DNA of 64,000 nt from a virus. Below, one piece after another: positions 27,901-36,700 of the stretch. The notes beneath the pieces were generated by a model that searched no databases, had not been told where the DNA came from, and worked only from the letters and a program-made list of their open reading frames with translations. The position numbers and the translations under genes were made by a program. The first letter of the stretch is position 1, and each line of letters begins with the position of its first letter. The stretch spans positions 32,001 through 96,000 of the IMG/VR virus record IMGVR_UViG_3300030090_005562. One strand, given 5' to 3'.

Positions 27901-29017
27901 CATAATACTGCCTTATTTGTCTAGGGGGTGGGTCGTCGTCCTCATCGTCAAAATCAAACGGCTCGGCTTCTTCTACTTGATAAATCAGGCTTTTAAATCC
28001 GCCATTCACCATAGCGTGAGTACAGGCTTCTCCTGCCTCAATACCATAGTTTAGACTTATTAAATTTCCAGTTGTGGCGCATTCTTCTTCAGATAAAGTA
28101 TTAGTAAAACCTAGAGAGCTTCTATTTATTGCTCTATACACAGAACCTCTAACAAGTTTATCTTGAGCTGGAAGCTCTCCCTCGTCGATATCAAATGCCC
28201 CAGGTGGAGCTTGGCGAGATACGGTTGGTCCGCCCTCACCAGTATCAGTAAATATTTTAATTATATTTATACCAATAAGCTCAACAAATATACGAAGGCC
28301 TTGAGCTTTAGCAGCTTTCTCAATTGCCGCCATGACATCAATGTTGTCGCCACTAAATCTTAAATCACATCCTGGAACTGAGCCAGCCACCAGCAGAGTG
28401 TAGTCAAATCCTCGATGATAAAATCTGTGGCCTTCGATAACTGATAATATCTGCGACCATGTTACGCCCACATCATTGCACCAGGACGCTGATTTTGGGA
28501 ATGATTCAAGATGTAAATTAATTAAATTTGGCGATGAAGTAAAAGAGTCGTCTAGTCCTTGTAATATAACTTGAGAATTTTTTAAAACGACAGTTGGGCT
28601 TTCCATTCTAACAGTATAACCACGCTTACTAACACTAGTAACGCGTTCAACATTTTTAATTAAGCCTCCATACTGAAAAGTTCCGTATCTAAAAACTTTT
28701 GGAGTGCCGACTTTGGGCATGATAAAATTATCCGCCTCGCCATCATTGTCTGTGCCCTCTCCGCTAAATTCCTCTGAACCGCTAGAATAACTTCTTCTTA
28801 CACTATTGGCACAGCTATCCTCCACTAGCTGAATACTTATATCGCTAGAATTTGTTCCAAAACCTAGCTTTCCGCTAAAGTCCGTGACTGTAGCGCCTAA
28901 AAATGTAGTTTGGTGATATGGGGACGTAATTAAATCAGGGCCACCCGGCGAAATCTCCTTTGAATACTCTGGAGGCGTGAGACCGCTTTCACTTTCTATT
29001 CCATCTTTTAAACCCAT
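24947..29017 (-). CDS. Tail tip / baseplate hub-like protein
   Basis: 1356 aa downstream of the TMP; QTTFLGATV, YGPW, DESLTPWNF, GGVTTSLTFRTF, WKAGPLDVRWD; C-terminal IPGY...QILGHD...KW. Confidence 0.6.
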   Translation of the reverse strand: MGLKDGIESESGLTPPEYSKEISPGGPDLITSPYHQTTFLGATVTDFSGKLGFGTNSSDISIQLVEDSCANSVRRSYSSGSEEFSGEGTDNDGEADNFIMPKVGTPKVFRYGTFQYGGLIKNVERVTSVSKRGYTVRMESPTVVLKNSQVILQGLDDSFTSSPNLINLHLESFPKSASWCNDVGVTWSQILSVIEGHRFYHRGFDYTLLVAGSVPGCDLRFSGDNIDVMAAIEKAAKAQGLRIFVELIGINIIKIFTDTGEGGPTVSRQAPPGAFDIDEGELPAQDKLVRGSVYRAINRSSLGFTNTLSEEECATTGNLISLNYGIEAGEACTHAMVNGGFKSLIYQVEEAEPFDFDDEDDDPPPRQIRQYYGNDPTTGELICPELHEDVLFPTVPFGLGFDVDITLQPFASELSTDTIFITELEIRAAEESFEVWYEYCVVFARDRIQDLIDVEPVPGLNWQMIAANLTRGLVNLTAAEIEDASEEAILAKAARQCQDSALHSCHEFVSSFGQYYGKKFAVLLPTESKDVGGDTIPPILCCPSTSDPPNAQKNFEQTDGGWPYDENAKILLLDFYGIGLEVFKTEEGKVGSFVRYKKDDVPAGFTVDVARLETDWWSEKEYYYIKSSVDEIILYNCDNPKQPDNCLLDNQGNPFQHAAIIDVSGGLRLHKPTCGVPGGVVVGLANALLPILTEANADGELDEDELETLREILTERWGGASLLGLGLATEPVLPDGAIVPLQSRELCYGPWADDDGDAGSAEYERDESLTPWNFNGIGFMNIAGNAQTELKTSGRTILESGSAKFTGLPTDAGVPGLGSSLGGAACTSVSFNLGVGGVTTSLTFRTFVPNFGDLAQSRLEFMEKMAKAQQKFQRAFRTEAVERRQRSILRNAIQAGGGGEGGKVADKQANAHGGKEFGPGGGFRKGTSMNGLAAITLDFAEDPKRPANYPDHGKCTTVVAESLRQMMEEADPSPDGKIWKKSAGVGLEGLFRPYQITEQNADFTVYEFGSPPCSVCPDSPTFNAGLSSVYSPCCSPDPSSGCEIEITSQTANPFMTSTFAKTLASVKPEFLPGNDIRTLVFDQSLPSDGLQPRVQEPDGIRPLGMKGPVVIVGWGYDVEGSPVPAEPNDPCKFADDWLVRPDTWKAGPLDVRWDDCKKMWVPPPVQQKDRNIIVYAKLNGDLVPGGTQQATPVGDGSDDQSPFVVTNRLGQPLCSGQHIFAYFNPDGCEWVVMQAEFMPICVVTDLEAYNTGSPSPDCLDLTATTRIIYTQAPPTVGVETRWAQVQACGAVTPSIPGGGSGPGTGTPVIGRSDPCDNSTFDWTSIPGYNENKAQILGHDAGQSGACPVKWMDVADC

Positions 29018-29036
29018 TTTCCTGCTTCCTCTTTAT

Positions 29037-30833
29037 TTAACAATCTTGATAATTCCATGTAACACTTCTTGAATATTTTTTAGTCCAAACGTCGTAGTTT
29101 TCTTGGTCTGAAGTTCTGTAAACAACACCTCCTAATGGCTGGTATTGTAATATTTTATCTGTCACTGATTGAGTCATTGCGTCATACTCAGCGGTAGATG
29201 CCTCTGTTGATAATTGAATATCGATTGATATCGATGCCGATGCTATGCTTTGTGTTCCCATCGGCTGCAAAACTGGACCAGCAGACCTACCAGGAACTTC
29301 AATAACTGCAACTTTTGGTACGGGATTTTGGTAAACTATATTTATAGTTTCAGATATTGGGGCAACAGATAAGCCTAGATTATTCGTTCTTGTGTTAAAA
29401 ACAAAACTTAAATTTATTGTTCCCGCCTTTTCGTTTTTAGCAACTGTTTTTGAAATTGGGTGAGAATGAAGCGAACCCGAAGCTTCGCCATAAGATTTAG
29501 CCAACAAAAAAGCGTTTGCCTCTCCTGTACCTCCAGACCATTTTGAATTATATCTGGTTAAAGCATTAGTATATTTTGATACGGATATTACGTCATATTG
29601 CCCTGCCTGATTGTCTGACCCCCTTTCATCATACCCAGTAATATTACAGTTAACTGTGATAGTGCTTATGTTTCCTGTATAATCATAAGACTCATCTATA
29701 TCTACCTCTTCGATAACTTTGTTGTCAAATTGATTCGTATCTATTAATAAAAAAGTTTCTGTTATAGAATAAGAGCCTGAAGAGATATCTACATCTTGAG
29801 AACGAATAACATTCACAGGACTGTAATTAGTCAGTGCATTGTCACTTCCCTCTCTTGATAAAATTCCACCCCAGTCATTTTGTTGAAAAGTTGTAGCATT
29901 TTTTCTGTCTTTTTTATAGCCTTTAATTTTACCCTCTGGATTTCCAAGAATTTCTTCATAAGAAACATAATCTTTTGGGTCTCCGCCAACTCTAGCTCCA
30001 ACACCTACTCTAGATTGAACCCAAATTTTAGCATTTTCCCAAGCGTCTCTAATAAGTCCTCCAGGACTAATAGACCCTTCACTAACTGGACCATAAGCTC
30101 TTTTACCCGTAGCTGAAATACTATGACTCACTTCATAAATTGGAGACTGTTTTGCCGACGTTCCATCCGGAACAAACGACCCAAGAGAACCAAAGTCAGT
30201 TATTGCCGCATTAGAATCTGCTTCGCTTATAGACCAGCTTTCGCTAGCATCAGAAAGATAAATCCTGTGGTTGCCTTTATAGGAAAACCTTTCAGTAAAA
30301 TTTTCAGTTTCCTCTGTTGTAATGTTTAAATTAGCATTTTTAAAATCTTCAAGGCCAAGTGTATTTGATAAATCAGAAGTATGAAATATTTCATCGACCT
30401 CTAAAGTAACAGTATACGGCATGGGGTCAATATATCTGTTATCGTCTATGCTTACGCTAATTACCCTTGGAAAACAATAGTACCCTATGCTATAATTTCC
30501 GTTGCTGTCTTTTTTCCATGTTAAAAGATAAAGACCTCTTCCATCTCTAGAAAACAATTTTCTAATTGCAGACGCTTTATTGAAAAGAGAGTATTGAAGT
30601 TCTTCAGGCTCTGCTGATTGATTGGACGGCTCTTCATATTTTTGACCCAAGCCAGGAATAGATGTAAAAGTGCCTGTTTTAGTTGGAGAGCCCTTATGTG
30701 ACAAAAATGTTCCCTCTAGGGTTATAGAATAAGTTGCCCCTATTTTCTTTCCGTCGCTTCCTCTGACATAATCTTTGCTTATAGAAACAAGCGGAGCAGG
30801 GCTTAGGAGGTTATTGTCGTAATAAACTGGCAT
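29037..30833 (-). CDS. Distal-tail-like structural protein
   Basis: PAPLVSISK..., repeated beta-strand modules (YSITLEG, YEVSHSISATG, YSITETF), IEVPGRSAGP; position after the TMP. Confidence 0.55.
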   Translation of the reverse strand: MPVYYDNNLLSPAPLVSISKDYVRGSDGKKIGATYSITLEGTFLSHKGSPTKTGTFTSIPGLGQKYEEPSNQSAEPEELQYSLFNKASAIRKLFSRDGRGLYLLTWKKDSNGNYSIGYYCFPRVISVSIDDNRYIDPMPYTVTLEVDEIFHTSDLSNTLGLEDFKNANLNITTEETENFTERFSYKGNHRIYLSDASESWSISEADSNAAITDFGSLGSFVPDGTSAKQSPIYEVSHSISATGKRAYGPVSEGSISPGGLIRDAWENAKIWVQSRVGVGARVGGDPKDYVSYEEILGNPEGKIKGYKKDRKNATTFQQNDWGGILSREGSDNALTNYSPVNVIRSQDVDISSGSYSITETFLLIDTNQFDNKVIEEVDIDESYDYTGNISTITVNCNITGYDERGSDNQAGQYDVISVSKYTNALTRYNSKWSGGTGEANAFLLAKSYGEASGSLHSHPISKTVAKNEKAGTINLSFVFNTRTNNLGLSVAPISETINIVYQNPVPKVAVIEVPGRSAGPVLQPMGTQSIASASISIDIQLSTEASTAEYDAMTQSVTDKILQYQPLGGVVYRTSDQENYDVWTKKYSRSVTWNYQDC

Positions 30834-30869
30834 TATATGATTTCTCCAAAAAATAGAATTCTATACATA

Positions 30870-33797
30870 CTATACACCACTTGCATTAATTGCTATTTGA
30901 GAACCCAAAATGAATAGGGATATATCCCCGTTTTTCAAAAACTGCTTAGTATAATACTTATAATCCGTGTCAAACTTCTCCTCCATAGCGGCTGGGCTGC
31001 AGACCTTATTTGACACAACAAGTTCATCTATTAAAAACTCGTCTTGTTGTTTCGGGTCAGCGCTTAAATTGTATCCAAGATTACTGTACGGAACCGAATC
31101 AGACCCTCTTTGTAAAAGACCTCCGACTTTAAGTTTTATATCATCTGTATCAGTTTTTACTTCGTATCCATCCCATTTTTGAGATACGTCAGTGATGGGT
31201 TTAATTTCAGGCATATATCCAGATTGCCCTGGATGCCCTTTTGCTGGAGAGGCAACTCTGACGAATGATTTGTATAGTTCTGTATCCACCCAATAATTTA
31301 TAAAATACCACCTATCGTCGTCAAACGGAATCATTAAGTCTGGAAGGTGTTCTTGAACTAATTCTCCGTCGTCATTGGTTTTCAAGATTCCGCCCATTCT
31401 TCCTCCTGCTGTAGTGTTTACAAAAGGAATCAGCCCTCCAAGAGTGTCGCTATTGGGTCGTAATCTATTTTCGCTATCAGACTTGAGTAAATTTTTAAGA
31501 GAATTAAAAGGCCCGTCTCCGCTCGCTTTAACGTTTGAATTATGACCGGCATAATAAATTGACCACTGACCAGATGTTGCCGTGGTACTCCCTGTAAAGC
31601 CAATCTCGCAGTTTCCTAATACCGACCTAATACCAAGTCCAAATGGAGTGGCGATTCCAGGTGCGGGGCCTTTTCTTTTTATCCAGAAAGATGTGGAAAC
31701 ACCTCTTCTTGGCGGAGTAAAGTTTCCAGCAGAATCAATATGCCCGTCTTTGGGCGTAATTCTATGCTGGTCACCAATAGACGGAGAGCCAGACTGTACC
31801 AATACAGTTCCATAATAAGGCGTTGACTGCTTGCCTTTAAATCTTGCTACTCCAGAACCGGTGAGGGATGACGATGGAAATCTATCGCTAGTTTGAAAAA
31901 ATCCAGATTCAGGGGTATAAGACCCAGGAAACGAGCTTTCAGCACCGGAACGCCATCCGCTAGCATATAATTTAAATCCATAATCCTGAGAATTATCATT
32001 TGTATTATTATCAAATTTATACAAAGAGCCGTCAGCACAATTTGTTTCAGACGCCGCAAACATAAGTGCTTCTCTTCTATCTGGAATATATTTATCACTG
32101 TTGACATTAACATCACGATAGAACAACCAAGAGTTAGGAGCTGTTACACCGCTAAATCCTTGAGTATTTAATCCTATGAAGTTCGTGCCAGCTAGTTCTG
32201 TGTCTAAAGTAAAAGCGTTTATATCTCTAGCGCCAGAAGCAGAGGGTGTTGCGTCTATGGAAGATTGTCCTCCAGAAATACCTCTTGCTATCTTCAAGTT
32301 TGATATATTAATTTGGGCTTGAATGAAAAGGTTCGCATCATTTAACACGCCAGAAGGCTTAGCTAGCAATAGCTCTGCTTGGCTTCCACCTCCTCCTTCA
32401 CCGCCTGTAATATCAATCCCGCCAAACAAGCTGCCAAGACCGCCAATTCCTTGAGCTTCTGCAGCGGTCGGACCTTTAACAAATAAGGGTTCTTTTCTTT
32501 TTAGAGTAAAGTTTCCTATATTAAGAGCAGCAAAACCAGATGAAGGTATCGGCGGCACACACTGAAGATATAGATTAGGGGTGGATGTTTCAGTAATGTG
32601 CCCTAAAGTAAAAAAGTTTGCGTCAGCTATTCCCGAGGGGAAGCATTTTAAGTAGAGGGATGTCTCGGCGGTTGCTGGGGTTGGAGCAAAAATAAAAAGG
32701 TCGGCGCCGCTCGAAGCGGGCAATGGGGCGTGAAGAAAAAGCGTCATAGCTTTTGTGAACAAGCCATACTCATAAGCCCCTATATCATATAAATTCCCAT
32801 ATGGTCTTTTAAACGACCTAATATCTTCAGTTACAGACGATATAGTAGTTCCAGCATCTCTAGCTGGTGAGTTTTTTCTAAGATAAAAATCTCCGGACGG
32901 ATAAATATTTACGCCGCTTCCAGCAACACTCTCAACTCTAATTTGTTTTGAAGGAATCCTAAATACCCTAGATTCTTTTTGATTTATAAGATGCCCAGCT
33001 AAAGTCACGCCCTGAGAAACAGACATGTCATCTGCAGAACTGTCGCTAGAAAGATTATTGCTGGTGCTTATGAAACCGTTGCCGTTTGTATTAGCATAAG
33101 AAAAGTCTATGCCGCTACAAGCCATTGATATGCAGTTTTGCACTGTGACATCAGCGCCGCCATAAAATCCAGGCAGATTTGTATTTGTAACTTTAAATCC
33201 AGTATTTATGTGCCCATAAGAGGTGCAGTTAAAACATTCTATTCCAGGCTTTCCTCCTAGCATGTTTTCCCCACCAAGCTCAAAACCCACATCGTTGCCA
33301 GTTTCAGTTCCTATTGCAAAGCAGTTTTTAATTAAGTTTCCTGAGCTAGCTGTGGTACTAACGTCTACTTTAGCTTTAAAACATGTGCCGTCTTTGTGAA
33401 AAGCCCAGCATTTATCTATTTCCATATTTGATGCAGAATTTATATCTAGTGTGAATCCGCGAGTGCTTCCTATTCCCTCTACTTTTGCATAGCTAACTGA
33501 TATTGTACTTGTTTGTGTGCCATCAATTGGAGGGGCAATCGTAGGGCCTTTATATAAATTACCCTGGTGAACCTCTCCAGAGGCAGCATAAATTCTTGGG
33601 TATCCAGATGAAGTAGGGGTAGACGCCCATCCAGACAATGTAAAGGTGCCAAGGTCAAATCCTTCATAACACTCAGCCCACTGAAATGGGTTTATTTTGT
33701 CGTCTACAAAATCTTCCCAAGCTTGAATGGTTGTAAAATCTCCAGTTCCAAGCGGGTGCGTAGATGCGCGAATTGTCCTTATTTTTGGTCTAGCCAT
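30870..33797 (-). CDS. Tail-associated protein: pectate-lyase-like beta-helix/choice-of-anchor-Q-like module, LFI-G repeats, LamG-like domain
   Basis: NC ladder (IKNC, CFNC, VQNC), FYLRKNSPARDAG...DIGAYEY, SFWIK...RWYFINYW...IDELVV. Confidence 0.7.
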   Translation of the reverse strand: MARPKIRTIRASTHPLGTGDFTTIQAWEDFVDDKINPFQWAECYEGFDLGTFTLSGWASTPTSSGYPRIYAASGEVHQGNLYKGPTIAPPIDGTQTSTISVSYAKVEGIGSTRGFTLDINSASNMEIDKCWAFHKDGTCFKAKVDVSTTASSGNLIKNCFAIGTETGNDVGFELGGENMLGGKPGIECFNCTSYGHINTGFKVTNTNLPGFYGGADVTVQNCISMACSGIDFSYANTNGNGFISTSNNLSSDSSADDMSVSQGVTLAGHLINQKESRVFRIPSKQIRVESVAGSGVNIYPSGDFYLRKNSPARDAGTTISSVTEDIRSFKRPYGNLYDIGAYEYGLFTKAMTLFLHAPLPASSGADLFIFAPTPATAETSLYLKCFPSGIADANFFTLGHITETSTPNLYLQCVPPIPSSGFAALNIGNFTLKRKEPLFVKGPTAAEAQGIGGLGSLFGGIDITGGEGGGGSQAELLLAKPSGVLNDANLFIQAQINISNLKIARGISGGQSSIDATPSASGARDINAFTLDTELAGTNFIGLNTQGFSGVTAPNSWLFYRDVNVNSDKYIPDRREALMFAASETNCADGSLYKFDNNTNDNSQDYGFKLYASGWRSGAESSFPGSYTPESGFFQTSDRFPSSSLTGSGVARFKGKQSTPYYGTVLVQSGSPSIGDQHRITPKDGHIDSAGNFTPPRRGVSTSFWIKRKGPAPGIATPFGLGIRSVLGNCEIGFTGSTTATSGQWSIYYAGHNSNVKASGDGPFNSLKNLLKSDSENRLRPNSDTLGGLIPFVNTTAGGRMGGILKTNDDGELVQEHLPDLMIPFDDDRWYFINYWVDTELYKSFVRVASPAKGHPGQSGYMPEIKPITDVSQKWDGYEVKTDTDDIKLKVGGLLQRGSDSVPYSNLGYNLSADPKQQDEFLIDELVVSNKVCSPAAMEEKFDTDYKYYTKQFLKNGDISLFILGSQIAINASGV
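30871..30879 (-). promoter_or_regulatory. Putative late promoter TGGTGTATA overlapping the last codons and stop of the upstream gene
   Basis: Recurrent 9-mer, 37 nt upstream of ATG 30833. Confidence 0.65.
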
Positions 33798-33799
33798 GA

Positions 33800-36700
33800 C
33801 TATGCGTCTTGTCCTTGGAATAAATCTTGAAATCTAGCTGTAACAACTTGACCAACCTTTTGCATTAATCCTGATTCAGCTAGGTTGGCAAAAGCCTCTA
33901 CCCCATTAAGATTTACATCAACTCCGTTACTTTCCATTTTTACCTCTATAGCATTTGAACCAAACGTGTCGCTAAATCTATTTAATGCAGTTATAAGACC
34001 TTGAACTCCTGTGCTAGTTGGGAAGTTTGTTAGGGCTGACGCTAAGGCAGCAAAGTCTGTTGAGCCAGAGTCTCCTCCTTGGCCTGACATGCTTATGCTA
34101 GACACGGCTTGAGCAAATAATTGAACTGCTGACGTAAAAGCTCCAAAACCTGCGGAGCCGCCGTTGCCGCCATTTTGAAAATAACCAATTCTTCCACCAC
34201 TACTCGCATTTATAGTATTGCCATTATTTATGGCGTGGAGAAGACTTAGATTTTTAGCAGTAGCGGCTCTATTGACAACAAACTCTCCAGGAGTTAGCAC
34301 GGCGAGCCTTGTGTCTGTCCCCTTAGATAAAGAGCCAGCCATTGGACCGCTTCCGGCGCCAAATGGACCTCCTGATGATGAATAGTATGGTTCATCATCA
34401 AAAGACGAATAGTTAAGGGTTCTTTCGCTATTTTTAATTCCATCCGGATTCTGTGGATATAGCTCTCTTGTATAGTAGTGTTTCGGGTCAAAGGAAGGGG
34501 GGTCATCACGCTGTTCAGTAGGGTCAAAAAAGCGCTTTTCAAAGCATTTTTTATTCACTGAATCAAAATATTTGGCGTTTTCCGGACAAACCATTTGAGA
34601 TTGTCCTAGGCCTAAACTGGATTGTTGCTCTTGGTTTTCAATACCTGGGTCAAAAGGGTCGGCAAAATCGGAAGCGGGCTTTCCGCGCGTTGTCGTAAGG
34701 TTGGCCCTGTCAGTACCTAAACCAGCTCTGTCGGTGTCGATTTCACTCTGCCCTTCGTCAATTTTTGTGTCAAGGTTCCCGGATTGGGTTTGCAGCTGGC
34801 CTGTGGTTGGTCTTGCAGCATCTGGGTCGCGATTTTTTTCTCTATCGTCTTGCCTTCCCGCCGCTGCAGCTGCTGAGCCGGGGTCTATGCTAAGCTGGTC
34901 AATCTCGTCATCGGTCAAAGCGCCTGGTCCGGTCTTCAGATTTTGGGTTGATACTTCTGCTTCATTTTGAACATCCGCGTCCTGCTTTTCTTTGTAATTT
35001 ATATATGCTTTAACGCCTTTTTCAAAAGCGGATTTTACCACATTGAGTCTGTCGCCAATTTCAACCGCGCTAGTAAATGAATCCATAAAAATTCTAAGGC
35101 CTTCGGTGTCAACATGTGGAGAAAAAGTTTCCATGAAAACGTTCCTAGCTTTTGCAATTATCGACTTCATACCCCTTGCAGTTATTGTGCCTTTGTCCAT
35201 GCCACCGGGCGTCGAGACAGCAGATTGGGATATGTCTGAGCTCGTTTCCTTTAAAGCATCTTTCCCTAAAGCGCCGCGGCCTTTAGTCTGAATTTTTTCC
35301 AGTTCTTTTGCCGATTCTCTTCCAGCCTTGATATTGGCAAGGTCCCCACCGCCTGCAGCTACTTTGCCAAGCTTTCCTCGGTCACCAGCAACACTATCAC
35401 CAAGAGTTTCTCTGTCTTCTAGCTCAGCGTCTATGTCAGCCTTTTCTTCTCTTAAATTTTCAACGTTCTTTTCTTTCTCTTCAATTTCAGTCTCTTTCTC
35501 TTTTATTTTATCCTCTCGTATTTTAATTTCATCTGCTTTTCTTCTTTCATTCTCCGCCTGCGCCCTTTGCATTTCCATAGATAAGGCTAAGGCCTCCATA
35601 GCCCTTACCTGTCTCTGCACAAGCTGCGCCTCCTCATCTTGCAGTCTTCTTCTTTCCGCTAGTTGGGCTCTAATGCTATCTTGAAATGCCTCTAATTCGT
35701 CTCCTGCTAGCCCAGACTGTGCCCCTAATCTTTGCACGGTAAACTCATCTAAAGAATCGTCAATATTAGCCGTAGTACCATCAGCAAGCTGGAGTTCATT
35801 AATCCCCATATCCTGAAGACCTTGAAGATAGTCTCGCCCTCCCTGAAAAAACTCCGCGCTAATGTTGCCAAACTCGTCAAATTGAGCTGCCGCAGACTCT
35901 GGATTAAACGCTATCTGCATACCCGCCATACTGTCATCTGCAAGTTGTTGCTGTTGTTCCACGTTCATGAAAGCGGCGTCTTGTAGGAAGTTCCTCTTTT
36001 TCTCAGCAATAGCCAGCTCAGCCTGAACAGCTGCAAGCTCTTCTCCAGATTCAGACATATGCTCGAGAGCCTCTTGAAATCTTCTAGACCTGTCAGAAGC
36101 TTTTGACAATTCATCTGCCAACGCAATTGTTTCTTCTGCGGTAAGATTTGATGAGTTGGCTAATTTATTTTGAATGTCAATAACCTCTTGTTGAGAATTG
36201 AGAAGTCCGGCCCGAAGAGCGTCTGAGTCTCCAGCGGCGCCAGCATTTTCCGGACCCAGTATTACCCTTTGCTGTCGTTGAAATTGCGCTGAAGCCTGAG
36301 CTCTTGATAGCGCGCCGCCTCTACCAGCATTTCTGTTTTGAAGTTTTAATAGCTGAGATTCTTTAGCTATAGTTTTTAACCTAAGCTGAGCTACTTTTTT
36401 CTCTGTATTAAATATTTGTTGGTTAATTTTTAAAACGCCATCAAATAAAGCCTGTTGTTGCTTGGCAGCATCTTGTATTCCTGCAATAAGAGCTTTTGCG
36501 GAATCGCTTTGTATCTTTTGTGCAAATGCGGCGGAGTCTTCTTGTATTTCATCAATAATGCTGCCCTCAGATTCGCTTCTTCCACCTGCCAAACCTCCAA
36601 TTCTCGTGGAGAGCGCCTCTATTGCTTTTCCTGTGAAACCCATACTTTTTGCAACTTCAGTAAAAGTTTTCTGAAATTTATCTGGGTTCCCGGCAGATTC

